Shown here piece by piece: positions 37,486 through 47,950 of a stretch of 64,000 nt of DNA. Under the pieces are notes generated by a model. It worked only from the letters and a program-made list of their open reading frames with translations. It did no database searches and was not told where the DNA came from. Both the position numbers and the translations under genes were made by a program. Origin of the DNA: Minisyncoccia bacterium (lineage in GTDB: Bacteria; Patescibacteriota; Minisyncoccia; Phycocordibacterales; JAKFXT01); contig JBGPJO010000002.1 in the NCBI GenBank assembly GCA_041485465.1, positions 6,629 to 70,628 on the forward strand. The letters are read 5' to 3'. The stretch's first letter is position 1. Every line of letters begins with the position of its first letter.

Positions 37486-38610
37486 ATGGAAATTCCCTTT
37501 AAAAATTTACTCGAGGGCCTTTTTGAAAAGAAAACGGATAGCGTCGTCGGTGTTGATTTCGGCTCATCCGCGATCAAACTCGTCCAACTGAAGAAAAGGG
37601 GGGGACGAGCGGTCCTTGAAACCTACGGCGAGCTCTCGCTTGGCCCGTACGCCGGGATTGAAACCGGGCGCGCCACCAATCTTCCCGTTGAAAAGCGGGT
37701 CGAGGCGCTCCGCGACTTGATGCGTGAGGCGAATGTCACGACAAAAAGCGCCGGCCTCTCGATTCCTTTGTCCGCAACGCTCCTCTCGCTTATTGAAGTG
37801 CCGACTCTCGATGAAAAGCGGATGGCGGAGATGGTGCCGATTGAAGCGCGCCGTTACATTCCCGTGCCGATTTCCGAAGTGACGCTCGACTGGTGGGTGA
37901 TACCGCAATCCCAAGAACCCCTCGCCGCGCCCGAGGGCGTCCTAGATCATCAGCAGGACCAAAACAAGTCCGAGGTGCTCTTGGTTGCGATTTTAAATGA
38001 CGCGATCGCGCGTAACAAACGGATCGCTCAGGATTTGAATCTCGAGAATGTTTTTTATGAGATTGAAATTTTCGCGGCCGCACGCGCCGCGCTTGATCAG
38101 GGCATTCATCCGGTGATGGTGCTTGATATGGGCGCGGGTTCGACGAAGCTCTACCTTGTCGAGCACGGTATTGTCAAAGATTCGCACATTATCAATCGCG
38201 GCTCACAAGACATCACCCTTGCCCTCGCTTCGACCTTGAGTATTCCGATTGCACAAGCCGAAGAAACAAAGCGCGCAATCGGACTTTCAAAAGCTCCCGA
38301 ACATAAGGCGATACATGACGCGATCTCGATTGTTCTTGGCAATATTTTAAGCGAGGCAAGCAGAGTGATGCTTACCTTCGAGAAGCGCACCAACAAAACC
38401 TTAAGCAAAGTGGTTCTGACAGGGGGAGGTGCGGTCCTTAAAGGCTTCGTTGAAGAAGCGCAGATATTTTTTAAAACGGAGACCGTTGCCGCCACGCCTT
38501 TTGAAAAAGTGGTCGCCCCGGCATTTCTCGCCGATATTTTGAAGACTATCGGCCCCGAGTTTGCCGTTGCCATGGGAATTGCGCTTAGGAAGCTTACCCA
38601 AGCTGAATAA
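37486..38610 (+). CDS. pilM: type IV pilus assembly protein PilM (actin-like ATPase)
   Basis: VGVDFGSSAIKLVQL is an N-terminal actin-fold motif. Followed by the pilN and pilO genes. Confidence 0.8.
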   Translation: MEIPFKNLLEGLFEKKTDSVVGVDFGSSAIKLVQLKKRGGRAVLETYGELSLGPYAGIETGRATNLPVEKRVEALRDLMREANVTTKSAGLSIPLSATLLSLIEVPTLDEKRMAEMVPIEARRYIPVPISEVTLDWWVIPQSQEPLAAPEGVLDHQQDQNKSEVLLVAILNDAIARNKRIAQDLNLENVFYEIEIFAAARAALDQGIHPVMVLDMGAGSTKLYLVEHGIVKDSHIINRGSQDITLALASTLSIPIAQAEETKRAIGLSKAPEHKAIHDAISIVLGNILSEASRVMLTFEKRTNKTLSKVVLTGGGAVLKGFVEEAQIFFKTETVAATPFEKVVAPAFLADILKTIGPEFAVAMGIALRKLTQAE

Positions 38611-38651
38611 CTTTCGTTGTTGACAGCATTTCGTTTGCTATACTTAATAAA

Positions 38652-39305
38652 ATGGATTTTGGTACACAGCAGAACACGACGTTCATTCCGAAACAACCGC
38701 TCGCTCCGATTACGCCTTCGGCCTACCGCAGGCATACCATTTCGATTGCCACCCTTGTTTCTGTTACTGTTTTCGCCGCGGCAATTATCCTTGCGGGCGG
38801 GGTTTTCGCCTATAAGGCCTATCTCGGAAGCGCCCTTGCCGATAAAAAAGCTTCGCTCCAAAAGGCAAGCAGTGCCTTTGAGCCCTCTTTGATAGAGGAG
38901 CTGAAGCGGCTCGATAAGCGAATTGAACACTCGAAAGCTGTTCTTGCAAACCATGTCGCTCTGTCTTCGTTTTTTGATCTGTTACAGAGTGCTACCATCC
39001 AGAATGTACAATTCAAGTCTTTAAATCTGACAACAATTGAAGATGGAAAAATCACAATCTCTTTAAATGGCATTGCCAGAAGTTATGGATCGGTTGCGTT
39101 GCAGTCGGATTCTTTTAATAAAGCAAAAGGTCTCAAGAACCCCGTATTTTCTCAACTCAATCTCGATCCCGCTGGCAACGTCTCTTTTGCCATAAATGCT
39201 CTGCTTGATCCTTCGGTCTTCACCTACTCAAACTTGGTCTCAGGAGGAACCGATACCACTTCGCCTGGAACAGACGCTTCAAGTACTCCCTCGAACAATC
39301 AATAA
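38652..39305 (+). CDS. pilN: PilN-like bitopic membrane protein
   Basis: Single transmembrane segment plus a periplasmic domain. Position is as expected. Confidence 0.55.
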   Translation: MDFGTQQNTTFIPKQPLAPITPSAYRRHTISIATLVSVTVFAAAIILAGGVFAYKAYLGSALADKKASLQKASSAFEPSLIEELKRLDKRIEHSKAVLANHVALSSFFDLLQSATIQNVQFKSLNLTTIEDGKITISLNGIARSYGSVALQSDSFNKAKGLKNPVFSQLNLDPAGNVSFAINALLDPSVFTYSNLVSGGTDTTSPGTDASSTPSNNQ

Positions 39306-39310
39306 ATAGC

Positions 39311-39847
39311 ATGATACGAAACGCACTTCCAATTCTTCTTCTCCTCGCCGCAATCGCGCTTTTCGTTACGTATATTGATCCGACCTATCAAGATACCAAG
39401 ATTATTAAGACCGAAGTGGCAAGCTATGACGACGCGCTTAATAAATCGAAAGAACTTTTACGTATCCGTGACACCCTACTTGCCAAATACAACACGTTTT
39501 CAACGGATGATTTGAAGCGCCTTGAGCTTCTTTTGCCCGATACCGTCGACAACATCAGGCTCGTGCTCGACATTGACACCATCGCGTCTAAGTACGGTCT
39601 TACCATTACCAATCTCAATCTCTCCCAATCACTGCCGACTGACGCAAGCTTCAACCCCACGAGCAATGAGATCAAGTCAGTCGATCTCTCGTTTGCGGTT
39701 TCGTCCGATTATCCGACGTTTCTAAAATTTATACGCGATCTTCAGGACAGTCTTCGTATTATCGACATTCTCAATATAGGCTTTACTGTCACTGACAAGA
39801 CAATTAACACTTACAATGTAACCATAAGGACCTATTGGTTGCCATAA
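39311..39847 (+). CDS. pilO: PilO-like bitopic membrane protein
   Basis: Transmembrane segment, coiled coil and beta domain. Position is as expected. Confidence 0.55.
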   Translation: MIRNALPILLLLAAIALFVTYIDPTYQDTKIIKTEVASYDDALNKSKELLRIRDTLLAKYNTFSTDDLKRLELLLPDTVDNIRLVLDIDTIASKYGLTITNLNLSQSLPTDASFNPTSNEIKSVDLSFAVSSDYPTFLKFIRDLQDSLRIIDILNIGFTVTDKTINTYNVTIRTYWLP

Positions 39848-40212
39848 CTATGTCGTTCATCAAAAACAATTTAAAGAACATTATCATTGCGCTTATCGTC
39901 TTGATCGGCGGCTATTATCTGTATTCATACTTCTTTCCCGGAACTGATACGACACAGACCCTCTCGGTAACCTCTCCCGCGAGTGTTGACACTTCAATCG
40001 GCGGAGAATTGTTGTTGGTGCTCACGGACTTAAAAACGCTCAAGCTCGACGACAGCATCTTCAGCGATCCGGAGTTCAAGAATCTCAGAAACTTCAGGGT
40101 CGAACTTAATCCGGAACCGGTTGGGCGCGATAATCCGTTCGCACCGATCAGCGGATCGGGAAGTTCCGGCAACTCCGGCATTCAGATAAAGAATTTCAAG
40201 ACAAGTAACTAA
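39835..40212 (+). CDS. PilP-like or unknown pilus-assembly protein (125 aa, one transmembrane segment)
   Basis: Overlaps pilO and precedes pilB. Confidence 0.35.
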   Translation: MVAITMSFIKNNLKNIIIALIVLIGGYYLYSYFFPGTDTTQTLSVTSPASVDTSIGGELLLVLTDLKTLKLDDSIFSDPEFKNLRNFRVELNPEPVGRDNPFAPISGSGSSGNSGIQIKNFKTSN

Positions 40213-40227
40213 CAGAGTATTTCATGT

Positions 40228-41955
40228 ATGGATCCGCTCCACGCGCTCGCCAAAAAGAATATTATCTTCGAGGAGGATATTCCTCGGATTGAAGAGGAAG
40301 TCAGGATATCGGGCAAGACACTTGAAGAGGTACTCAAAGGACGCGGTATAAACGCGGAAGATTTTCTTTCCGCAAAGGGCGAATACATGAATATTCCCGA
40401 GCGCGCGCTCGACACGCATGACATTCCCTTTGAGGTCCTTCGCTACATTCCCGAAGAGTCAGCCACGCATTATAAATTTGTGCCGATCGGGGTTACCGAC
40501 GGAGTCCTTGAAGTGGGAATCCTTAATCCCGATGATATAGAGGCGCGTGACGCTCTTAATTTCATCTCATCAAAAGTCGGTTTGCCCTACAAGCTTTTTC
40601 TGATCACCGAGGAGGATTTCGAGAAGGTGCTCCAGATTTACAAAGGGATCTCAGGCGAAGTAACGAAGGCGCTCGGCGAATTCGAGATAGGAGGGCCGGG
40701 GCAGGCGGCAACCGAGATTAAGGCAGTTGAGGAACTTTCCCACGGGGATAAGGACACCGGATCGAAATATGTCGAAGACGCGCCCGTCACCAAAATCGTC
40801 GATACCATTCTCCGCTATGCGATCGAGGGCAATGCCTCTGATGTCCACATTGAACACATGGGAGATAAGGTGAGGGTTCGTTTTCGCGTCGACGGCGATC
40901 TGCACACAAGCTTGGTTCTTCCCATAAATGTGCAGCGGGCAGTTGTGGCACGCATCAAGATTCTTTCGAACATGAAGCTCGACGAGAGGCGTAAGCCCCA
41001 GGACGGAAGATTTTCGGCAAAAATCGAAGGCCGCGAAGTCGATTTTCGGGTCTCGACTTTTCCGGCTTATTACGGAGAAAAAGTGGTAATGCGCATTCTC
41101 GACAAAGAAAGGGGTATCCGAACACTTGAGGATCTCGATCTTTCGAAGAATAATCTTGAAATGATCAAGCGCGCGATTGAAAAACCCTACGGTATGATTC
41201 TTCTTTCCGGGCCGACCGGGAGCGGTAAATCAACGACGCTCTACGCCATGTTAAACGCGCTTGATAAGGAGACGAAAAATGTTCTTTCGCTCGAAGACCC
41301 CGTCGAATTTAACATTCCGGGCGTTTCGCAGTCACAGGTTTTTCCGGAAATCGGCTACGATTTCGCAACCGGCTTGCGGACGACACTCCGCCAAGACCCC
41401 GACATCATCATGGTCGGAGAAATTCGCGATAAGGAAACCGCCGGGCTTGCGATCCAGGCGGCCTTGACCGGACACCTTGTGCTTTCGACCATTCACACCA
41501 ATAACGCAACCGGCGTTATTCCGCGTTTGATCGATATGGGAGTCGATCCGTACCTGATCGCGCCGACCCTTATTCTTGCGGTTGCCCAGCGCCTTGGCAG
41601 AAAATTATGCAAGGGGGCGGGCAAACCGGTCCCGATTGAAGGATCGCTTAAATCGTGGATTGAAAAACACGTTGCAGATATGCCGGAGGAGTACAGAAAA
41701 CAAATGCCGACCTCGGGCAATCTTTATGAAGCCGCGCCGTCGCCTGAATGTTCAACTGGTACGCGCGGCCGTATCGCCGTTTTTGAGATGTTTGAGATGG
41801 ACAAGGAGATAGAACAGATTATCAATAAGAACCCGACTGATCTTGAAATTCAGAGAATTGTCCGCAAGAAAGGTATGTTCACGATGCAGGAGGACGCAAT
41901 TATGAAATCCGCGAACCGTCTCTTACCATTTGAAGAGGTCAACGCACTCGCCTGA
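40228..41955 (+). CDS. pilB: type IV pilus assembly ATPase PilB/GspE
   Basis: Walker A LLSGPTGSGKSTTL, Asp box, Walker B and His box. N-terminal GspII domain. Confidence 0.9.
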   Translation: MDPLHALAKKNIIFEEDIPRIEEEVRISGKTLEEVLKGRGINAEDFLSAKGEYMNIPERALDTHDIPFEVLRYIPEESATHYKFVPIGVTDGVLEVGILNPDDIEARDALNFISSKVGLPYKLFLITEEDFEKVLQIYKGISGEVTKALGEFEIGGPGQAATEIKAVEELSHGDKDTGSKYVEDAPVTKIVDTILRYAIEGNASDVHIEHMGDKVRVRFRVDGDLHTSLVLPINVQRAVVARIKILSNMKLDERRKPQDGRFSAKIEGREVDFRVSTFPAYYGEKVVMRILDKERGIRTLEDLDLSKNNLEMIKRAIEKPYGMILLSGPTGSGKSTTLYAMLNALDKETKNVLSLEDPVEFNIPGVSQSQVFPEIGYDFATGLRTTLRQDPDIIMVGEIRDKETAGLAIQAALTGHLVLSTIHTNNATGVIPRLIDMGVDPYLIAPTLILAVAQRLGRKLCKGAGKPVPIEGSLKSWIEKHVADMPEEYRKQMPTSGNLYEAAPSPECSTGTRGRIAVFEMFEMDKEIEQIINKNPTDLEIQRIVRKKGMFTMQEDAIMKSANRLLPFEEVNALA

Positions 41956-41990
41956 TCAAAAGAAGTTTCTGGTATACTAAAAGAAAGAAT

Positions 41991-42383
41991 ATGAGCTCCA
42001 CCAAGGGAAAAATATTGATTGTTGACGATGACAAATTCCTGCTTGATATGTACGCCATCAAATTTAAGGAAGCGGGATTCGATGTTTCCCTCTCGCCCTC
42101 AGGCGATGATACTATCAAAAAAATTGCGGACGGACTTATTCCCGATGTCATTCTTCTTGACATTGTAATGCCGGGCATGAGCGGCCTTGAATTGCTGGGG
42201 CAGTTGCGTAAAGACTCAAAAATTAAAAACGCGGCGATCATTGTGCTTTCGAATCAGGGTCAGCCGGGGGATATTGATGAGGCGAAAAAGCTCGGTGTTG
42301 ACGGCTACATCGTTAAGGCAAGCACCATTCCTTCGGAAGTACTCGACATGGTTGTGAAAACATTAGAAAAAAAACATGGCTAG
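41991..42383 (+). CDS. CheY-like response regulator receiver (single domain)
   Basis: ILIVDDD...LLDIVMPGMSGLEL...KLGVDGYIVK. Confidence 0.8.
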   Translation: MSSTKGKILIVDDDKFLLDMYAIKFKEAGFDVSLSPSGDDTIKKIADGLIPDVILLDIVMPGMSGLELLGQLRKDSKIKNAAIIVLSNQGQPGDIDEAKKLGVDGYIVKASTIPSEVLDMVVKTLEKKHG

Positions 42384-43452
42384 CAACGACTATCAAAAAG
42401 AACTCGACGATCTTGTTCAGGTAGTGGTAAACGAGGGAGCGTCCGACCTCCACCTCTCCGCGGGGAGACGCCCGGCAATCCGGGTTTCAAGTTTTCTGAC
42501 ACCGCTTCTCAAAGAGCGTGAGATGACGGCGGACGACATGCTCGGTTTTATTGGAAGGATGCTTACCCCTGAGCACAAGGATCTTTTTTTGAAAAACAAA
42601 GAAGTTGATTTTGCTTACAGTCATAAAGGCTTGAAGGAAGCGCGGTTTAGGGGTAACGCCTATTTCCAGCAAGGGCTGATCAGCATCGCCCTTCGCCTTA
42701 TTCCGAAAAAAATCCGCAATATCGTCGAACTCAATCTTCCTCCCATTCTTGAGACGTTTGCACGAAAGCCCCAGGGATTTTTCCTCTGTGTCGGCCCTAT
42801 AGGCCAAGGCAAATCAACAACCTTGGCGGCACTTGTTGATGTTGTTAATAGCGAGCGAGCGGAGCATATTTTGACGATTGAAGATCCGATCGAATATATT
42901 TTTGAAGAAAAGAAGTCGATTATCGATCAACGCGAAGTGAGAACCGACACAATCGATTTCGCGACCGCCCTGCGCTACCTCTTTCGTCAGGATGTTGATG
43001 TCGCAATGATAGGCGAAATGCGCGCTCTTGAGACGATATCAATCGCCGTGACGGCCGCCGAAACGGGGCATCTGATTTTCTCGACGCTCCATACCAATAA
43101 CGCCGCTCAGACCATTGACCGTATCATCGATTCCTTCCCGGCAAACCAACAAGAACAAATTCGGGTACAGCTCGCAGCCTCTCTTTCCGGCATTTTTTCG
43201 CAACGGCTTATCCCGCGGATCTCAGGAGGACTTATTCCCGCCTATGAGCTCCTGATCAACAATAACGCGGTTTCCAATTTGGTCCGCGAAAAACGCAGTC
43301 ACGAAATCAATACCGTGATTGAAACCAGCTCTTCTGAAGGCATGATCGACTTGAACCGCTCACTCGCTGATCTTGTCAAAAGGGGAGAGATTACGGTTGA
43401 GAACGCCTACCTCTACTCGCTTAATCCGAAAGTACTTGACCGCTTCATTTAA
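42376..43452 (+). CDS. pilT: twitching motility ATPase PilT
   Basis: Walker A GPIGQGKSTTL and the PilT signature region. Confidence 0.9.
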   Translation: MASNDYQKELDDLVQVVVNEGASDLHLSAGRRPAIRVSSFLTPLLKEREMTADDMLGFIGRMLTPEHKDLFLKNKEVDFAYSHKGLKEARFRGNAYFQQGLISIALRLIPKKIRNIVELNLPPILETFARKPQGFFLCVGPIGQGKSTTLAALVDVVNSERAEHILTIEDPIEYIFEEKKSIIDQREVRTDTIDFATALRYLFRQDVDVAMIGEMRALETISIAVTAAETGHLIFSTLHTNNAAQTIDRIIDSFPANQQEQIRVQLAASLSGIFSQRLIPRISGGLIPAYELLINNNAVSNLVREKRSHEINTVIETSSSEGMIDLNRSLADLVKRGEITVENAYLYSLNPKVLDRFI

Positions 43453-43461
43453 GATTTTGCC

Positions 43462-44667
43462 ATGCTTTTCAAATACAAGGCGATAGAAAACTCAGGGAAG
43501 GAAACCGAAGGAACGGTTGATGCAGTAAACGTTGATGTCGCGATCTCGTCGCTTCAACGGCGCGGACTGGTTGTCTCTGCCATTAATTCGGCCGAGAAAA
43601 CTTCGTTCTTACAATCACGGATTGCTCTTTTTGATCATATCCCGATGAAGGATGTGGTCATTTTCTCACGGCAAATCGCGACCCTCTTTGAAGCGCAGGT
43701 TTCGGCCCTTCGGGCTTTTCGCCTGCTTGCCCTTGAATCACCCAATCAGAATCTGCGTAAACGTCTCGCGGAAGTGGGGGATGATCTCCAGGCCGGTGTG
43801 CCCATTTCAAAGGCGCTTGAGAAGCACCCGGATGTTTTTTCAAATTTTTACGTTTCAATGGTGCGCTCCGGCGAAGAGGCAGGAAAGCTCTCTGAAAGTT
43901 TTCTTTACCTTGCGGATTATCTCGACCGGACATTTGAAGTTACCTCAAAGGTGAAAAACGCCCTCATCTACCCGGCTTTTGTTGTTATTACATTTACGGC
44001 GGTCATGATTTTGATGCTCACTGTCGTTATTCCGAAAATCAGCCAGATTATCCTTGAATCGGGACAGACGCCGCCGATCTATACCCAGATTGTTCTCTCG
44101 ATCAGCGCTTTTTTTGTCAATTACGGAGCCTTTATTCTTATCGCTCTCATCTTCGGAGCATTCCTTCTTTTCAGATATGCCCAAACCCCAGCAGGGAAGG
44201 AATCACTCTCCCAGTTTAAGCTTTCCCTTCCGTTTATCGGCACTTTATATAAGAAATTATATCTTTCGCGAATTGCCGATAATTTCAGCACGATGCTTGC
44301 TTCCCGTATTCCTATTCTCCGGGCAATTGAAATTACCGCATCAATTGTCGATAATCGCATTTATGAAGAGGTTCTTCAGGTGGCAGCACTTAAAGTCAAG
44401 GCGGGCGCACCGCTCTCCGAAGCTCTCTCCGGAAATGATGAAATCCCCGGAATAATGATTGCCATGTTTAAAGTCGGGGAGGAATCGGGGGAACTTGTCA
44501 AAATTTTAGAGACCATGTCGCGCTTTTATTCCCGCGAAGTCACCAGCTCGATTGACACTATTGTCAGTCTGATTGAGCCGGCGCTTATTGTTTTTCTCGG
44601 TGTCGGTGTCGGCGTTCTTTTGGCGGCTGTTTTGATTCCCATTTACAACATTTCCTCGAGTTTCTAA
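43462..44667 (+). CDS. pilC: type IV pilus platform protein PilC/GspF
   Basis: Duplicated GspF domains. Confidence 0.9.
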   Translation: MLFKYKAIENSGKETEGTVDAVNVDVAISSLQRRGLVVSAINSAEKTSFLQSRIALFDHIPMKDVVIFSRQIATLFEAQVSALRAFRLLALESPNQNLRKRLAEVGDDLQAGVPISKALEKHPDVFSNFYVSMVRSGEEAGKLSESFLYLADYLDRTFEVTSKVKNALIYPAFVVITFTAVMILMLTVVIPKISQIILESGQTPPIYTQIVLSISAFFVNYGAFILIALIFGAFLLFRYAQTPAGKESLSQFKLSLPFIGTLYKKLYLSRIADNFSTMLASRIPILRAIEITASIVDNRIYEEVLQVAALKVKAGAPLSEALSGNDEIPGIMIAMFKVGEESGELVKILETMSRFYSREVTSSIDTIVSLIEPALIVFLGVGVGVLLAAVLIPIYNISSSF

Positions 44668-44872
44668 GATTTTGAAGGATAAAGGAGTCCTATTTTGTTT
44701 GCTTTTGTTATCCACAAGGGGGTAATAAAAGGCTTTTCGCTCATACTATAATGGAGACATTGAAAAACGAGCGTCCCGAGGACGAGGCGCGAGGTCGTTG
44801 TAGGAAAAGGAAGTAAGCATAGAAAGGTCATCGGGCGAAAGTCCGAATTATTAAAAAAATATTTATCAAACT

Positions 44873-45373
44873 GTGAATACAAAGAAAGGTTTTACCCTTA
44901 TTGAACTTCTGGTCGTTATTGCGATTATTGGTATTCTCTCGTCGGTCGTCTTGGCGTCACTCAACACGGCACGCGCTAAAGGAGCCGATGCCGCGATCAA
45001 AGCAAACATGGCAAATATCCGGGCGCAGGCTGAAATCGTCTACGACTCGAAAAGTTGTTACGCTGACGGTACGGCAGGTAGCTGCGTGGCAGGAGCCTTT
45101 GCGGCTGCGGCATGTGCGGCTACCCCCGGCACATTGTTTGCCGAGCCGACAGTTGCCCAACAGCTGACATCCGCTGGAAACGCAAGCTCAGCCACCGGAG
45201 AGGCCGGGGCCAACTGCGTCTCGACTGCAAACCAGACGGCGTGGGCGGCTGCAACCCCTCTTAAGGCTGACAACACCAAAAGCTGGTGTGTCGACTCAAC
45301 AGGAGCTTCACGTCAAGTGACTCCGGCAGGTGCTGACAAAGGCTTTGCCGCGGCAGGGGCAGCGTGCAAGTAA
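44873..45373 (+). CDS. pilA: type IV pilin (major pilin candidate; GTG start)
   Basis: Class III leader KKG|FTLIELLVVIAIIGIL with Glu at +5. Confidence 0.85.
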   Translation: MNTKKGFTLIELLVVIAIIGILSSVVLASLNTARAKGADAAIKANMANIRAQAEIVYDSKSCYADGTAGSCVAGAFAAAACAATPGTLFAEPTVAQQLTSAGNASSATGEAGANCVSTANQTAWAAATPLKADNTKSWCVDSTGASRQVTPAGADKGFAAAGAACK

Positions 45374-45395
45374 AAGAACTCTTCTTATCCAAAGA

Positions 45396-45424
45396 AAATC
45401 CCGCTTGATGCGGGGTTTTTCTTT
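45396..45424 (+). terminator. intrinsic terminator after pilA (CCCGC/GCGGG plus T-run)
   Basis: Hairpin followed by GTTTTTCTTTT. Confidence 0.5.
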
Positions 45425-45478
45425 TGGGATATTCCACTTTCCCAAAAAGTTCTCCCAGTGCATAATTGTAAGGAACAC

Positions 45479-46006
45479 ATGAACAATGCAAAGAAAGGTT
45501 TTACCCTTATTGAACTTCTGGTCGTTATTGCGATTATCGGCATTCTTACCACGATAGTTGTTGCTTCCCTTAATACGGCACGTGTAAAATCAAGAGATAC
45601 CGGCCGGGTTCAGGCAGTGCGACAAGTCAGGAATGCTCTTCAGGTTTTTTTCAGCACAAACGGATATTTTCCGGCCGGGGATGAAACAACTCTTGCGGCC
45701 GCTCTTGTTCCCACATACATTTCTTCGATTGGAACGCCGACCGGGGATACCATTAAATATCAAGCGCTGAGCAACCCCGCTACCGGTGGGGCCTGCAACT
45801 CAGGCACCAACTGTCAGTCCTATCACATCGGTATCACACTTGAAGGTGGCGCAAATAGCGGAGTGCTTCTTGCCGACAAAGACGGGCAAAATGTAGCTGG
45901 CCCGACAAACGGTACGACGATTGACGGCGTAAGTACGACGGCAAATTGCGGCCCTGACGCTCTCGCAACTATTCTGACCGATCTTTGCTACGATATTGTC
46001 CCCTAG
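45479..46006 (+). CDS. type IV pilin paralogue
   Basis: KKGFTLIELLVVIAIIGIL leader. Confidence 0.8.
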   Translation: MNNAKKGFTLIELLVVIAIIGILTTIVVASLNTARVKSRDTGRVQAVRQVRNALQVFFSTNGYFPAGDETTLAAALVPTYISSIGTPTGDTIKYQALSNPATGGACNSGTNCQSYHIGITLEGGANSGVLLADKDGQNVAGPTNGTTIDGVSTTANCGPDALATILTDLCYDIVP

Positions 46007-46017
46007 GGATTTTTCTC

Positions 46018-46521
46018 ATGCAATCAAGGAGAACAAACGACAAAGAGGGCTTCACACTTGCCGAGCTTCTTGTTGTCATGGCGATCATCAGTCTCATTTC
46101 CGCTATCGTCATTTCAAATACGATTAATAGTCGCTCAATCGCGCGCGACAGCGCCCGGGCTTCCGATGTCACTTCAATTCAAAACGGTCTTAATCTCTAC
46201 TTTGTCGACCATAGAAATTATCCGCCGACGCTTGCCCCTCTTGTGCCGACCTATATGAGTGCTATCCCGATAGATCCTTTAACGGGGGGCAGTTATAATT
46301 ATGCGGCAATCGACACTAACGGAAATCCATCAACCTGCGAGTCCTACCACGTCGGTGCGGCGGTTGAAAATAGCGGCTTTGTCGGTCTCAATCAAGATGC
46401 CGATGCACCGGCCGCTCCTTTGGTCTGCACGGGAAGTGCGAATGATTTTAACGGCACGGCGGCAAATTGCGTTGGTATCAATCCGGGTTCTCCCGATACT
46501 TGCTTTGATTTAGAACTCTGA
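46018..46521 (+). CDS. type IV pilin paralogue
   Basis: KEGFTLAELLVVMAIISLI leader. Confidence 0.75.
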   Translation: MQSRRTNDKEGFTLAELLVVMAIISLISAIVISNTINSRSIARDSARASDVTSIQNGLNLYFVDHRNYPPTLAPLVPTYMSAIPIDPLTGGSYNYAAIDTNGNPSTCESYHVGAAVENSGFVGLNQDADAPAAPLVCTGSANDFNGTAANCVGINPGSPDTCFDLEL

Positions 46522-46528
46522 AACAGCC

Positions 46529-47368
46529 GTGGTTAATTTCCCAGATCTTATCGCTCTTTTTTTCTTCATTCTCGGCGCAATCGCCGGCAGTTTTCTTAAT
46601 GTGGTTATTATTCGTTTTGGCACAGGGCGTACGCCCTCAGGCAGATCACACTGCCTCTCGTGCGGTAAAACACTAGGTGTCATTGATCTTATTCCGATTT
46701 TGAGTTTCCTTGCTCTTCGGGGGAGGTGTCGGAGCTGTGGGAGCTTGATATCGATTCAATATCCGATTGTCGAGGCGGCAACAGGGCTTTTCTTTCTTCT
46801 TACCTATTTTAAATTCGAGGGCTCCTTTCAAATACTTTCTCTCTTCGATTGTTTGAAGGTAGCCCTCGCTCTTTTTATTGAGATGGTTTTGATTGTTATC
46901 GCGGGCTATGACATTCGCCATAAAATAATTCCCGACAGCCTTGTCTATATTTTTATTATCTCTGGCCTTGTGATCGCCTTCTCACGCTTTATGGTAGGGA
47001 TACAGTTTGGTTTTGACGTCTTTCTTCTCCTGGATCTTCTCTCGGGACCACTTCTTTTTCTTTTTTTCTATATTCTCTGGAAAATTTCGGGCGGCAGATG
47101 GATGGGGCTCGGAGACGCGAAGCTCTCGCTCGGTATCGGCCTTGCTTTGGGATTTCTTTCCGGACTCTCCGCGATCATCTTTGGATTTTGGATCGGTGCG
47201 GTTGTTGGTATACTACTCATTGTTTTTTCGAAGCTTCTCCCCCCGCTTCGTTTGAAGGGCTCTTCAATTGCCGTTACAATGAAGACGGAAATCCCGTTTG
47301 CCCCGTTCCTTATTCTTGGAGCGGCAATCGCGTTTTTCTCAGGACTTAATGCATTTTTCATTTTTTAG
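46529..47368 (+). CDS. pilD: prepilin peptidase PilD (A24 family; GTG start)
   Basis: CLSCG...CRSCG zinc-binding tetracysteine and catalytic Asp-containing transmembrane core. Confidence 0.85.
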   Translation: MVNFPDLIALFFFILGAIAGSFLNVVIIRFGTGRTPSGRSHCLSCGKTLGVIDLIPILSFLALRGRCRSCGSLISIQYPIVEAATGLFFLLTYFKFEGSFQILSLFDCLKVALALFIEMVLIVIAGYDIRHKIIPDSLVYIFIISGLVIAFSRFMVGIQFGFDVFLLLDLLSGPLLFLFFYILWKISGGRWMGLGDAKLSLGIGLALGFLSGLSAIIFGFWIGAVVGILLIVFSKLLPPLRLKGSSIAVTMKTEIPFAPFLILGAAIAFFSGLNAFFIF

Positions 47369-47381
47369 AAATCCGGGGAAG

Positions 47382-47942
47382 ATGACTTCCGGCTTTACGC
47401 TGGTTGAGATGATAGTGTCGCTCAGTATCTTTGCTGTTATCACGGGCGTGGTGCTCGCGCATTACAAGGATTTTAGCGGCGGCATTGTACTCTCGAATCT
47501 TGCCTATGAGATGGCGACAACCATCCGCCAAGCCCAAGTCTACGGTATTTCCGTGAAGGGGGCAGGACCGTCCACCTTTAATCTTCGGTATGGCGTTCAC
47601 CTTGTCTATCCGACTAATAACACCTTCATTTTATTCGCCGATCTTGATGGCAATCAGCAGTATTCGGGTTCATCCGAAATCGTCGAAAATTTGACCCCAA
47701 GTCAAGGGAACATCATCAGTGATTTCTGCGGTACTCTTGCTACCGGAGTTTCCGAATGCGCTGCAAGTGATCCCTTATTGACCTGGCTTGATATTACATT
47801 TTTACGTCCGAATCCGGATGCGATTTTCTTAAATAGTAAAGGGGCATTGTATCAGTCGGCCTCGATTATTGTTAAATCTCCTATAACAGGAAGGATAAAG
47901 ACGATTGTCATCCGCTCGACAGGTCAAATTTCCGTTAACTGA
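47382..47942 (+). CDS. minor pilin/pseudopilin
   Basis: SGFTLVEMIVSLSIFAV leader. Confidence 0.7.
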   Translation: MTSGFTLVEMIVSLSIFAVITGVVLAHYKDFSGGIVLSNLAYEMATTIRQAQVYGISVKGAGPSTFNLRYGVHLVYPTNNTFILFADLDGNQQYSGSSEIVENLTPSQGNIISDFCGTLATGVSECAASDPLLTWLDITFLRPNPDAIFLNSKGALYQSASIIVKSPITGRIKTIVIRSTGQISVN

Positions 47943-47950
47943 CCACTATA